Assembly (NCBI GenBank): GCA_046313635.1
Contig: JBKBYA010000005.1
Coordinates: 157,483 to 221,482, forward strand
Length of the DNA: 64,000 bases
Source: Pyrinomonadaceae bacterium
Lineage (GTDB): Bacteria > Acidobacteriota > Blastocatellia > Pyrinomonadales > Pyrinomonadaceae
Direction: 5' to 3'
Position 1 is the first letter of the stretch. Each line of letters starts with the position of its first letter. Both the position numbers and the translations under genes were made by a program. Below the pieces are notes generated by a model that did not search any database, was not told the DNA's origin, and saw nothing but the letters and a program-made list of their open reading frames with translations. Positions 27,482 through 37,079 of this stretch are shown here, piece after piece.

Positions 27482-27551
27482 CGGTCTGCCTTTGTCTGCG
27501 ATCGCATTTAACGCGGCGCAGCGATCGATCGGACGGTGGAGGTGCGAGCAG

Positions 27552-27580
27552 ATTATATTTCATAAGTGTTAGAATGTTAA
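27552..27580 (-). promoter_or_regulatory. Sigma70 promoter of the zinc-ribbon/kinase/TPR genes
   Basis: TTAACA-N17-TATAAT on the minus strand. Confidence 0.6.
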
Positions 27581-27602
27581 GGCTTTTTTGAGCTGGGACG
27601 GA

Positions 27603-27631
27603 TGCAACCGGACCGCCGCGGCGGGCGTCTG
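27603..27631 (+). promoter_or_regulatory. ECF-type promoter of the VWA gene
   Basis: TGCAAC-N17-CGTCTG; -35 element and spacing identical to the pspA site. Confidence 0.65.
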
Positions 27632-27646
27632 AATACCGTATCGAGT

Positions 27647-28636
27647 ATGCCAATATCCAAGATCCTGTTTCTTTTTGCACTCATCGCCGCCGCCGCCTCG
27701 CTCGCTTCGGCGCAAGATGACGACCCGGTCAAGATCGACACGTCGATCGTGAGACTGAACGTGGGCGTCGTCGACAAGCGCGGCCGGCCGATCACGACAT
27801 TGACGCGATCTAATTTTTCGGTATTTGAGAATGGCGTCAAGCAGGACATCTCAAGGTTTGAGCCGACCGCCGCTCCCTTCAGCCTGGTGATTGTCCTCGA
27901 TATGAGCGGCTCGACGCTGTCGATGCGGCAGGTGATGAAGCAGTCCGCGTTTCGCTTCATTGACGCTCTCTCGCCGGAAGACCGGATCGCGGTCGTGGAG
28001 TTTTACGACAAGATAAATCTTCGGAACGATTTCACGACCGACCGGCGGACGATCGCAAACTCGATCGAGGTCTCGAATGGCCGCGGCAAGACGCAGTTTT
28101 ACAAGGCTCTCGATTTTGCTTTGAACAAATTGGCCGGCGAGGGCAGCCGTCGAAAAGCGGTCATCGTCCTCTCCGACGGTGTCGATACTACCGTCCGCGA
28201 TGCCGACCGCGAGTTTCTCTCAAAGCTGCCGGAAGCGTCGGTCCCCGGCGCGATAAAGCCGGAGGACAGTGCCCTGCTTCAACGCATTCTGAACAAGGCG
28301 GACGCTCTGGGTGCGACGATCTATCCGCTTGCGCTGCCGACCGGCGATCCGGCCAAGCTCGCCGATCCGACGCCGCGGCAGATCGAGATGTACAAGGCCT
28401 CTCGTGCACGGCTGCAAATGGTCGCCGACCGCACCGGCGGGACGCTGCACAAGATCAATCGGCTCGAAGAGATGGGTACGCTCTACGCCCAGGTCGCGGC
28501 GGAGCTGCGGACGCTCTACACAATCGAGTATCAGCCGCAGAACTTAAAACGCGACGGGGCGTGGCGAACGATACGCATCGAGGTCGATGACCCGGAATTG
28601 CTCGCCCGTACGCGTCAGGGGTACTTCGCGCGTTGA
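27647..28636 (+). CDS. Exported VWA domain protein (acidobacterial VWFA-related type)
   Basis: Signal peptide, KIDTSIVRLNVGVVD, FSVFENGVKQDI, MIDAS DMSGS, LSDGVD, RTGG, YTIEYQP, RTRQGY. Confidence 0.88.
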   Translation: MPISKILFLFALIAAAASLASAQDDDPVKIDTSIVRLNVGVVDKRGRPITTLTRSNFSVFENGVKQDISRFEPTAAPFSLVIVLDMSGSTLSMRQVMKQSAFRFIDALSPEDRIAVVEFYDKINLRNDFTTDRRTIANSIEVSNGRGKTQFYKALDFALNKLAGEGSRRKAVIVLSDGVDTTVRDADREFLSKLPEASVPGAIKPEDSALLQRILNKADALGATIYPLALPTGDPAKLADPTPRQIEMYKASRARLQMVADRTGGTLHKINRLEEMGTLYAQVAAELRTLYTIEYQPQNLKRDGAWRTIRIEVDDPELLARTRQGYFAR

Positions 28637-28661
28637 CCGGTACAGCCGACACTGTCGATGC

Positions 28662-28690
28662 TTGACACTAAAATGTCGAATCGCTAGTCT
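28662..28690 (+). promoter_or_regulatory. Sigma70 promoter of the tRNA
   Basis: TTGACA-N17-TAGTCT. Confidence 0.75.
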
Positions 28691-28705
28691 AATTCTTCGC
28701 CTTGG

Positions 28706-28782
28706 GCACCCGTAGCTCAGCTGGATAGAGTGCTTGACTACGAATCAAGAGGTCGCATGTTCGAATCATGCCGGGTGTACCA
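28706..28782 (+). tRNA. tRNA-Arg (ACG)
   Basis: Acceptor GCACCCG/CGGGTGT, anticodon arm CTTGA-CTACGAA-TCAAG, T arm GCATG-TTCGAAT-CATGC, encoded CCA; 77 nt. Confidence 0.97.
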
Positions 28783-28792
28783 CCTTAATCTG

Positions 28793-28823
28793 AAAAAAGG
28801 TCGCCGGAAACGGCGGCCTTTTT
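28793..28823. terminator. Bidirectional intrinsic terminator
   Basis: AAAAAAGGTCGCCG-GAAA-CGGCGGCCTTTTT. Confidence 0.85.
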
Positions 28824-28928
28824 GCGTTTGGATCTGTCGAGCGACCATGTTCCGCCTGCTCCGTCCCTGCGGTGAGAAAAGACGGCCGGAACGTGCGGTC
28901 GTATTTGCAGACGAGCTCGGGGCGAGAG

Positions 28929-29849
28929 CTAATGCTGCAGAGACCCCTCCGTGGTCGAAGTATTCTCGCGATACTCGACGTCGACCGACGCCTTTCGATA
29001 ATTGCTGAAGGCAAACTCGAGCTCGATCTCGTCGTAGATCTCAGGGTGACCAGCGAAATTGAGCCGCGCAACCGACGGGAACCAGTACCGGCCGGAAACG
29101 AGCGTTTGCTCAAAGCGGAGCACGGCCGATGCCGCACGCTCGTCGTAAGCTGCGGCCCGCACGGCGTCGAAACTCCCTGCCGGATACCCCTCGACGCGAA
29201 AGATCCGGCGCGTCGCGTTATCGATCCAGATCTGCCCTTGGATCTTCGAGAGATAGCGAAGGTGCGGCTCGAGCGTCGCGTCCTGAGCGGGGGCAAAGAC
29301 GACGACCGTGACCGGCCGTCCGTTCCACTGCGCCTGCTCCGAGCTTGCCGGCCGGATGCTGCGAAGGAGAGAAAGGATGTCGAAACGCACCTTTTGCTCG
29401 TTCGCCCCAAACGCGATGGACCAATACCCTCCGTCGTCGGCCGGACCCTCCGAGACCTTGCCGCTTTCGCCCTCGGTCTCAAGCCGCAGGAGTCGTGCGG
29501 CCGCCTCCTCGCGTTCGCGCTGGATGTATGCGGTCGACAGTTCATACTCGCTGTCGCTTATCAGGATCAGCGGATGGGCGATGTTGCGCTCGCGCGCCAG
29601 CCGCGACGGCAAGATCGCCTCGTATATTCTCGTGAATTTGCGTCCGCCGAATTTGTGCCTTTTGTAATAAACGCGCAGCTGGTACGAGTACTCGAGCACC
29701 GCTCCACGCTGCGTGTCGACCGAGGCGTCGGCAAGCAGCTTCGCGAGATCGGCCGACTGCCCGACGGCCGGCAACGCGGTCAAAGTCAAGATCGAGGTTA
29801 CGGCGAACAGAAGGCATATATGCACCGTGATCCGTTTTGTCTGTTCCAT
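28929..29849 (-). CDS. Exported hypothetical protein (beta-rich, possibly LolA/lipoprotein-sorting-like)
   Basis: Signal peptide; GQIWID…RIFRVEG, YWFPS and FSNY patterns. The fold call is tentative. Confidence 0.6.
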   Translation of the reverse strand: MEQTKRITVHICLLFAVTSILTLTALPAVGQSADLAKLLADASVDTQRGAVLEYSYQLRVYYKRHKFGGRKFTRIYEAILPSRLARERNIAHPLILISDSEYELSTAYIQREREEAAARLLRLETEGESGKVSEGPADDGGYWSIAFGANEQKVRFDILSLLRSIRPASSEQAQWNGRPVTVVVFAPAQDATLEPHLRYLSKIQGQIWIDNATRRIFRVEGYPAGSFDAVRAAAYDERAASAVLRFEQTLVSGRYWFPSVARLNFAGHPEIYDEIELEFAFSNYRKASVDVEYRENTSTTEGSLQH

Positions 29850-30054
29850 TTTTCTTGCTTCGCTACCGCCGAAGCGGCGCAAAAGGCGGCCGCTCGCGGA
29901 CGTCCGCCGCGGCCGGCGCGGCGGCGGCTCACAAGCTTTTACGCGTAAATTCATCGCCGGTCGTGTCGGCCGTGCAGCGTCGGTCTGCTGACGTTCTCAC
30001 GAGGCGCGTAGGGCGGCAGTCGTGCGGTACAATGGCGTGCGAAATAATATCTTC

Positions 30055-30083
30055 GGTAACCGTGCGTCTAGGGCGTGCGTATA
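30055..30083 (+). promoter_or_regulatory. ECF-type promoter of the M3 peptidase gene
   Basis: GGTAAC-N17-CGTATA. Confidence 0.55.
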
Positions 30084-30146
30084 ACTGGCGAGGCAACTTG
30101 CTTTCGGCAGATCAAAATCTAACCCGCGGAGGACCTCAGACCTAAA

Positions 30147-32315
30147 ATGAAACATTTTTCTTCGAGCCCAGGATCGATCCTTGTGTCCGCGGCGTTTATA
30201 TTTTTGGCGGCGGCATTTTTTATGAAAGACGGAATCGTAACATCAGCTCAGCAGCAAACCGGCGACTCGACAAACCCATTGACGCAGGCTTGGACGGGGC
30301 CGTACGGCGGCGTACCGCCCTTCGACAAGGTGAAGGTCGCCGACTTTAAACCGGCACTCGAGGCCGCGATGGCGGAGAATCTCGCCGAGGTCGAAAAGAT
30401 CGCCGGCAGCTCGGCCGCGCCGACCTTTGAAAACACGATCGCCGCGATGGAGCGCAGCGGCCGCACGCTCGACCGCGTGCAGGTCATCTATGGCATTTGG
30501 GGATCGAATCTCAGCACGCCCGAGTTTCAGGCCGTCGAAGAAGAGATGGACCCGAAGCTCGCCGCGCACTACGACAAGATCACTCAGAATCAGGCCCTCT
30601 TCAAACGCATCGAGGCGGTCTATGATTCGCCCGCGAGATCAAAGCTCACGCCCGAGCAGCAGCGGCTGACCTGGCGGTATTACACCAACTTTGTCCGCTC
30701 GGGCGCCAAGCTCGACGACAAGGCAAAGGCCCGTCTCTCCGAGATCAACCAAGCGCTGGCAAAGGCGTTCACAAAATTCAGCCAGAATCTGCTTGCCGAC
30801 GAGAGCGAGCCGTACCTCGCTCTCAAGACCGAGGACGATCTCGCCGGTCTGCCGCAGTCGCTGCGCGACAACTATGCAGAGGAGGCCAAACGGCGCAAGG
30901 TCGACGCTCTCGGCGCCGTGGCCAACACGCGTTCGTCGATCGAACCTTTTCTGACGTATTCGAGCCGCCGCGATCTGCGCGAGCAGGCCTGGAAGCTCTT
31001 CGTCAACCGCGGTGACAACGGCGACGCGCACGACAACAACCAGATCATCAGCGAGATCCTCCAGCTGCGGGCCGAGCGTGCCAAGCTTCTCGGCTTTGCG
31101 ACCCATGCCCATTACCGTCTCGACAACACGATGGCCAAGACGCCCGAACGCGCGATGGAGCTGATGGAAGCGGTCTGGAAGCCCGCAGTCGCACGCGTTC
31201 GCGAGGAGGTCGCCGATATGCAGGCTCTCGCCGACAAGGAAGGCGCAAAGATCAAGATCGAGCCGTGGGATTATCGCTACTACGCCGAAAAGGTCCGCAA
31301 GGCCAAGTACGATATCGACCAGAATGAAGTCAAGCCATATATGCAGCTCGATAAGATGCGCGAGGCGATGTTCTGGGTCGCGGGAGAGCTATTCAATTTC
31401 AAGTTCACGCCGGTCTCGAATGTGCCCGTCTTTCACCCGGACGTCCGCGTGTGGGAGGTCACCGAAAAGTCGAGCGGCAAGCACGTCGGCCTTTGGTACT
31501 TCGATCCTTTCGCGCGGCCCGGCAAGCGCTCAGGCGCGTGGATGAACTCGTACCGCAGCCAGGAGCGAATGGACGGTAAAGAGATCACGACGATCGTCTC
31601 CAACAACTCGAACTTCATCAAGGGCAAGCCCGGCGAGCCGGTGCTGATCTCTTGGGACGACGCGATCACATTGTTTCACGAGTTTGGCCACGCGCTGCAC
31701 GGACTGTCTTCGAACACCACCTATCCCTCCCTGTCGGGCACAAACACGGCGCGCGACTTTGTCGAGTTCCCTTCGCAGCTGCTCGAGCACTGGGTCGAGA
31801 CGCCTGAGGTCTTGCAGAAGTACGCCGTTCACTACCAGACGGGCAAACCGATCCCGAAGGAACTCGTCGACAAGCTCGAGCGTGCGTCGAAATTCAACCA
31901 GGGCTTTGCAACGGTCGAGTATCTCGCGAGCGCTCTGGTCGATATGAAGCTGCACCTCGCCGGCGACAAAAAGATCGACGTCGACAAGTTCGAACGCGAC
32001 ACGCTCGCCGAGCTCGGAATGCCGAACGAGATCGTGATGCGTCATCGGCTGCCGCAGTTTGGCCATCTCTTTCAGAGCGACGCATACTCGGCCGGATATT
32101 ACAGCTATCTCTGGTCCGACGTTTTGAATGCCGACGCCTTTGAGGCCTTTACCGAAGCCGGCGGCCCGTACGACAAAAAGGTCGCCGAGCGTTTGAAGAA
32201 GTACATCTTCAGTGTCGGCGACACGATCGACCCGGCCGAGGCCTATCGCAAATATCGCGGCCGCGATCCAAAGGTCGAGGCCCTGATGCGAAAACGCGGT
32301 TTCCCGGCGAAGTAG
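30147..32315 (+). CDS. dcp: Exported M3 family metallopeptidase (peptidyl-dipeptidase Dcp-like)
   Basis: PTFENTI, KRSGAWM, FHEFGHALH, DFVEFPSQ, YSAGYYSYLW; signal peptide. Confidence 0.9.
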   Translation: MKHFSSSPGSILVSAAFIFLAAAFFMKDGIVTSAQQQTGDSTNPLTQAWTGPYGGVPPFDKVKVADFKPALEAAMAENLAEVEKIAGSSAAPTFENTIAAMERSGRTLDRVQVIYGIWGSNLSTPEFQAVEEEMDPKLAAHYDKITQNQALFKRIEAVYDSPARSKLTPEQQRLTWRYYTNFVRSGAKLDDKAKARLSEINQALAKAFTKFSQNLLADESEPYLALKTEDDLAGLPQSLRDNYAEEAKRRKVDALGAVANTRSSIEPFLTYSSRRDLREQAWKLFVNRGDNGDAHDNNQIISEILQLRAERAKLLGFATHAHYRLDNTMAKTPERAMELMEAVWKPAVARVREEVADMQALADKEGAKIKIEPWDYRYYAEKVRKAKYDIDQNEVKPYMQLDKMREAMFWVAGELFNFKFTPVSNVPVFHPDVRVWEVTEKSSGKHVGLWYFDPFARPGKRSGAWMNSYRSQERMDGKEITTIVSNNSNFIKGKPGEPVLISWDDAITLFHEFGHALHGLSSNTTYPSLSGTNTARDFVEFPSQLLEHWVETPEVLQKYAVHYQTGKPIPKELVDKLERASKFNQGFATVEYLASALVDMKLHLAGDKKIDVDKFERDTLAELGMPNEIVMRHRLPQFGHLFQSDAYSAGYYSYLWSDVLNADAFEAFTEAGGPYDKKVAERLKKYIFSVGDTIDPAEAYRKYRGRDPKVEALMRKRGFPAK

Positions 32316-32332
32316 CGCGCCGACAAACAAAC

Positions 32333-32428
32333 AACTCGGCGGCCTCCACGTTCCGGTTCTGCATTCATTGCGTTGAGAAATCCTCAACGCAGTGAATACA
32401 GAGAGAGAGACGCGGAGGCCGCCGAGTT
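32333..32428. repeat. 96-bp imperfect palindrome (REP-like) between convergent genes
   Basis: Outer arms AACTCGGCGGCCTCC/GGAGGCCGCCGAGTT and inner arms ATTCATTGCGTTGAG/CTCAACGCAGTGAAT. Confidence 0.8.
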
Positions 32429-32439
32429 TTTATTTGTGA

Positions 32440-33792
32440 CTACTTGCCGTTTATCCCGAGCGTTTTCATTCGCCGGTAGAGATGGCTGCGGTCGATGCCC
32501 ATATTCTCTGCGGCCTTGGCGACGTTGCCGCCAAATTCGTTGAGCTTGTGCTGTATGAACTCTCGCTGGTAGGCCTCGACCGCGGCCTTGAATGACGGGT
32601 AGTGATAGCTGGCGGCCGGCACCTCGCCCTCGATGCCGAGCGGCGGCAGGTCTTCGGCGGTGATATTCGTCTTGGCGGTCATGATCACGACGCGTTCGAT
32701 CGTGTTCTTGAGCTCGCGGACGTTGCCGAGCCAGACGTGCCGCTGGAGAGCTTCGATGGCGTCGTCGCTGAACTGCTTCGGTTCCTTGCCGTTGTCGAAC
32801 GAGAACTTGCGATTAAAATGCTCGACCAGCAGCGGTATGTCCTCGACGCGCTCGCGCAGCGGCGGCACCTGGAACGGGATGACGTTCAATCGGTAAAAAA
32901 GATCGGCTCGAAAGTCGCCGCCCTCGATCAGCGTCTCGAGACGCTTGTTGGTCGCCGAGATGACGCGAACGTCGACCTTGACCGGCGTGTTGCTGCCGAC
33001 CGGCTCGAACCTCTGCTCCTCGAGCACGCGCAGCATCTTGGCCTGCACACGCGGCGACATATCGCCGATCTCGTCGAGAAAAATCGTCGCTCCGTCGGCG
33101 ATCTCGAACTTTCCCTTCTTTGCCGTCAACGCGCCGGAGAATGCTCCCTTCGCGTGGCCGAAGAGCTCCGACTCGACGAGGTCCTCGGGGATCGCCGCCG
33201 AATTTATCTCGACGAACGGCATCGCCCGCCGCCGCGAACGCGCGTGTATCGCGCGTGCGACGAGCTCTTTGCCCGTGCCGCTCTCACCCGAGATCAGCAC
33301 GCGGCCGTCCGAAGGCGCGACGACATCGATCTGCTTGCGCAGCGCGCGCATCGCGATCGACTCGCCGACCATCACGTACTCTTCCTGCAGTTCCTTTTGC
33401 AGCTCGGCATTAGCAAGCTCGAGCTGTCGCTGGCGGATCGCGTTCTTCACAGTAACGACCGTGCGTTCGAGGCTGAGCGGCTTTTCGATAAAGTCGAAAG
33501 CGCCGAGCTTCGTCGATCGCACCGCCGTCTCGATATTGCCGTGGCCAGAGATCATCACGACCGCGGCGTCGACGCCGTCGTCGCGGAGCTGCTTTAACGC
33601 CTCGAGCCCGTCGATCTCGTCGCCGAGCCAGATGTCGAGGAGAATGCACGCAAACGTGCTCCGCCGCGCGCGCTCGAGACACTCGCGGCCCGACGCGGCG
33701 GTCTCGACCTCAAAGCCCTCGTCCTCGAGCACCGCCCGCAGCGAGTCGCGTATTCCGGGTTCGTCGTCAACAACTAAAACAAGGTTATGCAT
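32440..33792 (-). CDS. ntrX: NtrX-like sigma54-dependent response regulator (REC, AAA+, HTH)
   Basis: LLDIWL, MISGHGNIETAV, GESGTGKE, ESELFGH-GAFSGA, FLDEI, FRADLFYRL, GNVREL, Fis-type HTH. Confidence 0.85.
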   Translation of the reverse strand: MHNLVLVVDDEPGIRDSLRAVLEDEGFEVETAASGRECLERARRSTFACILLDIWLGDEIDGLEALKQLRDDGVDAAVVMISGHGNIETAVRSTKLGAFDFIEKPLSLERTVVTVKNAIRQRQLELANAELQKELQEEYVMVGESIAMRALRKQIDVVAPSDGRVLISGESGTGKELVARAIHARSRRRAMPFVEINSAAIPEDLVESELFGHAKGAFSGALTAKKGKFEIADGATIFLDEIGDMSPRVQAKMLRVLEEQRFEPVGSNTPVKVDVRVISATNKRLETLIEGGDFRADLFYRLNVIPFQVPPLRERVEDIPLLVEHFNRKFSFDNGKEPKQFSDDAIEALQRHVWLGNVRELKNTIERVVIMTAKTNITAEDLPPLGIEGEVPAASYHYPSFKAAVEAYQREFIQHKLNEFGGNVAKAAENMGIDRSHLYRRMKTLGINGK

Positions 33793-35970
33793 CTAGCTCT
33801 GATGTGCGGCGGGTATCTCGATCACGAATCGCGCTCCCGACGGCTCGTTGGGCACCGCGACGATCTTTCCCTTATGGTCGCTGATGATGCGGTGAACGAT
33901 CGCCAGGCCGAGACCGGTGCCGCGTCCTTTGGTCGAAAAGTAAGGCTGAAACAGCTTCTGAAATGCCGACGGCTCGATGCCGCGACCGTTGTCGGCGACC
34001 TCCGCCACGATGACGTCGCGCGCCGCGTCAAACCGTGTCGTTACGGCGACGACCTTGCCCGCCGCATCGTCGTCAAACGCCTCGATCGCGTTCTCGATCA
34101 GATTAACAAAGACGCGCTTGAGCTGCTCTGCGTCGATCAGGGCGTCGGGCAGGCGCGAGTCGAGCACCGGCTCGAACGCAACATCGTCCAAACGTCCGTC
34201 GTAAGCGGCGAGCACGTGTCTTACAACATCGTTCACGTCGCCCGGCTCGAGCGCGGCGTCGGGCAGACGTGCGAATCGCGAAAATTCGTCGACCATCGCC
34301 TTAAGACTGCGGACCTCGCGGAGGATCGTGTCGGTGCCCTCACGGACGATCTTTGACGTCTGCAGATCGGGCGCGGCGAGCATCGGCGGAGCGGCGACCG
34401 CCGCCGGCTCGACCGCAAAGCGTTTTGCGATACGCTCGGCCGAGAGTTGTATCGGCGTCAGCGGATTTTTGATCTCGTGAGCCATGCGCCGCGCGACCTC
34501 TTGCCAGGCCGCCGCACGCTGCGCCGAGATCAGGTCCGACAGATCCTCGATGACCAGCACCGCTCCGCCGTCGCCGGGCAGCGCCGTCGCGATCAGAGCG
34601 ACCGGCAGCGTGCCGTCGCCGGGCGCCCGGCCGGTCATCGTCTCGCGGCGCAGCGACGTTTGCTCCGCCGCGTGGCCGACGCGTCTTGCACGCGAAACGA
34701 GCCGCTCAAAGATACGGCTGTTGTCCTCGCTGACGAGCTTGCTCAGCTCGAGCCCTCTAAAGTCTGCGGTCTCGAGCGACAAGATGCCGATCGCCGCACG
34801 ATTGATCGTCGAGACGCGATTGTCTGCGTCGACCGAGATCACGCCGGTCGGCAGCGACTGCAGAACGGTCTCGATATAGCGCCGCCCGCGCGTGATGGCC
34901 TCGGCATTCTCGGCGAGCCGCGCCGACATTTGATTGAATGAATCTACCAGCAGCGCCAACTCGTCCTCGGCGAGCACGTCGACCTGATGCCCGAGCTTGC
35001 CCTTTGCGATCTCGTCCGCTCCCTCGGCGAGCGCCTTGATCGGCACCGCAAGACCGCGAGCGATGTAAAAGGCCGTCCATGTCGAAGCGAAGATCAGCAA
35101 AAACGTCAGGACGCCGAGTGTCGATAGCCCGATCTGCCGCACGGTCAGCTGCTGCTGCTTGAGCAGGTCAAACTCCTGCAGCGATTTATCGACGATGTCG
35201 CTGACGCTCGCGTCCTGCGCGAGATCGGGGACGATGATCAGCTTGCGCCCGCCCGACAGCGGCGCGACCGCCGCGTCAAATCCGCGGCCGTCCTGCAGCA
35301 GCGGCTCGTCGATAAGCCCGGCCCGCGCGTAGTCCAAAATTCGCTGAAGCTCGGCCTGCGCCGCCGCATCGAGCCGCTTGCCGCTCGCCCGCAGCACGCT
35401 GCCGTCAGGGCCGAGCATCTCGATCCGCGTCAGGTTGCCCTCGGCGGCGATCGTCTGCAGGTCGCCGTCGCTCAGCGGCCGCTTTTCGATAACGGCCGCC
35501 AGCATACGGGCGGTGCCGGCAAGCCGCTGCGACTGGTCTGCCGTCGCCTCGCCCTGCACCTCCTTGGCCTGCCGCACGACATTCTCGGGCATCTGCGTGA
35601 ACCACCGCTCGAGCGCGCGGTTCATAAAAAGGTACGAGAATCCGGCCATCGCCACGATCGGCAGCAGACTTACCGCGGCAAAGTACAGCAGCAGGCGCGT
35701 CTTGATCTTTGAACCGAGCTGCAGCGAGCGGCGCTCGCGCGCGAGCTTGATGATGCTGCGCAGAAAGATGAAGCCGAAGATGACGAAAGCGATGAAGTTG
35801 AGCGACGAGAGCGCGTACAGCAGGAGCGTGTCGCTCGCGGTCTCGACGGCAAACGTCTTCCAGACGTTTGACGATTGCAGCAGGATGAGCAGGACCAGCA
35901 GGCCGAGTACGACGGCTCCGAGAAGCCACGGAAATCGGCGTCTCGTTTTAGGCACTCTCTGATCGCTCAT
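33793..35970 (-). CDS. ntrY: NtrY-like sensor histidine kinase (TM, HAMP, PAS, HisKA, HATPase)
   Basis: AWQEVARRMAHEIKNPLTPIQLSAER, DEFSRFAR, NLIENA, DNGRG, GTGLGL. Confidence 0.87.
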   Translation of the reverse strand: MSDQRVPKTRRRFPWLLGAVVLGLLVLLILLQSSNVWKTFAVETASDTLLLYALSSLNFIAFVIFGFIFLRSIIKLARERRSLQLGSKIKTRLLLYFAAVSLLPIVAMAGFSYLFMNRALERWFTQMPENVVRQAKEVQGEATADQSQRLAGTARMLAAVIEKRPLSDGDLQTIAAEGNLTRIEMLGPDGSVLRASGKRLDAAAQAELQRILDYARAGLIDEPLLQDGRGFDAAVAPLSGGRKLIIVPDLAQDASVSDIVDKSLQEFDLLKQQQLTVRQIGLSTLGVLTFLLIFASTWTAFYIARGLAVPIKALAEGADEIAKGKLGHQVDVLAEDELALLVDSFNQMSARLAENAEAITRGRRYIETVLQSLPTGVISVDADNRVSTINRAAIGILSLETADFRGLELSKLVSEDNSRIFERLVSRARRVGHAAEQTSLRRETMTGRAPGDGTLPVALIATALPGDGGAVLVIEDLSDLISAQRAAAWQEVARRMAHEIKNPLTPIQLSAERIAKRFAVEPAAVAAPPMLAAPDLQTSKIVREGTDTILREVRSLKAMVDEFSRFARLPDAALEPGDVNDVVRHVLAAYDGRLDDVAFEPVLDSRLPDALIDAEQLKRVFVNLIENAIEAFDDDAAGKVVAVTTRFDAARDVIVAEVADNGRGIEPSAFQKLFQPYFSTKGRGTGLGLAIVHRIISDHKGKIVAVPNEPSGARFVIEIPAAHQS

Positions 35971-36009
35971 CGCCGAAAAGTTTAGCACACGCGCCGCGGC
36001 GCTCCGGTG

Positions 36010-36038
36010 TTGTCGCCCGCCCGCCGCTCGCGTAGAAT
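36010..36038 (+). promoter_or_regulatory. Sigma70 promoter of the CPBP gene
   Basis: TTGTCG-N17-TAGAAT, 11 nt before the ATG. Confidence 0.6.
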
Positions 36039-36049
36039 CGTGAGAATTT

Positions 36050-36982
36050 ATGACCTTTCGAGACGCCTTTTACGATCGGCACGAGCGGCTCAGGAGCGGC
36101 TGGCGCGCGGTCTTGTTTCTCTTGCTTTTGGTCCTGCTCGCCGTCTTTTTAGGCGTGGCCGCCGCGGTCGCGGCGAGTCGTTTGTCGGTCGCAGTCGCTG
36201 CCGGCGGCCCGGCGACGCTTGCACTTAACGGCATTGTGACGCTCATCGCGTCGCTGGCCGCGGGCTGGCTCTGCGCGCGATCGCTCGAGGGCCTTCCCTT
36301 TCGCTCGCTCGGCGCGTCACCGCGTTACAACTGGCTTAGAAATTTGTCGGCCGGCCTGGCCCTGGGCGGCGTGTCGATCGTGATCGCGGCGGCTCTCGCC
36401 GCGGCGTTCGGCGATCTCGATTTTGAATTCAATACCGACGGCGCGCACCTTGTCTCCGAAACGCTGTTCGCGTCGCTTGTCGTCTTTACGCTGGCCGCCG
36501 CCGCCGAAGAAGCGCTCTTTCGCGGCTACCTGCTGCAGACCCTTTCACGCTCGGGCCTGGCGTGGCTGGCGATAGCGCTGACCTCGACATTCTTTGCTCT
36601 CGCGCACTCGCGCAATCCGAACGCCAACGCCTTCGCCGTCGCAAATACGGCCCTCGCCGGCATCTGGCTCGGCGTCGCGTATCTCAAGACACGAGACCTA
36701 TGGTTTCCGTTTGGGATACACCTCGCGTGGAACTGGCTGCAGGGCGCCGTTTTCGGCATCGAGGTCAGCGGCCTGACCGACGTGACCGCGCATCCGCTGC
36801 TGCGAGAGATCGACCGAGGGCCGGCGTGGATCACGGGCGAGAATTACGGCATCGAAGCCAGCGTCGCATGCACGATCGCACTGCTGCTCTCTATCATCGC
36901 CATCAGTCTCATGCCCGGCATCCGACCGTCCCCCGAATTGAAAGCGCTGACCTCTCCGCCCCAGTCAGAACCCGCTGCGTAA
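36050..36982 (+). CDS. CPBP (CAAX protease/Abi) family intramembrane metalloprotease
   Basis: EEALFRGY, FALAH, HLAWN motifs; multiple TM helices. Confidence 0.9.
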   Translation: MTFRDAFYDRHERLRSGWRAVLFLLLLVLLAVFLGVAAAVAASRLSVAVAAGGPATLALNGIVTLIASLAAGWLCARSLEGLPFRSLGASPRYNWLRNLSAGLALGGVSIVIAAALAAAFGDLDFEFNTDGAHLVSETLFASLVVFTLAAAAEEALFRGYLLQTLSRSGLAWLAIALTSTFFALAHSRNPNANAFAVANTALAGIWLGVAYLKTRDLWFPFGIHLAWNWLQGAVFGIEVSGLTDVTAHPLLREIDRGPAWITGENYGIEASVACTIALLLSIIAISLMPGIRPSPELKALTSPPQSEPAA

Positions 36983-37078
36983 GCGGCGGGCCAGTTCGGC
37001 CGATTCGGATACTACGGCCGCCTCTCCAATTCCGCACTCCGCGTTCGAAGAGCCCTCCCGCTTACGCAGGCGGTTGTG
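36966..37078. repeat. Inverted REP doublet overlapping the CPBP stop codon
   Basis: CAGAACCCGCTGCGTAAGCGGCGGGC (36966-36991) and an inverted copy CACAACCGCCTGCGTAAGCGGGAGGGC (37078-37052). Confidence 0.7.
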
Positions 37079-37079
37079 G

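Noticed and set aside
28706..29849. tRNA-Arg as an integration site for a genomic island
   Set aside because: No integrase, no duplicated tRNA 3' end seen, and an intact terminator directly follows the tRNA.
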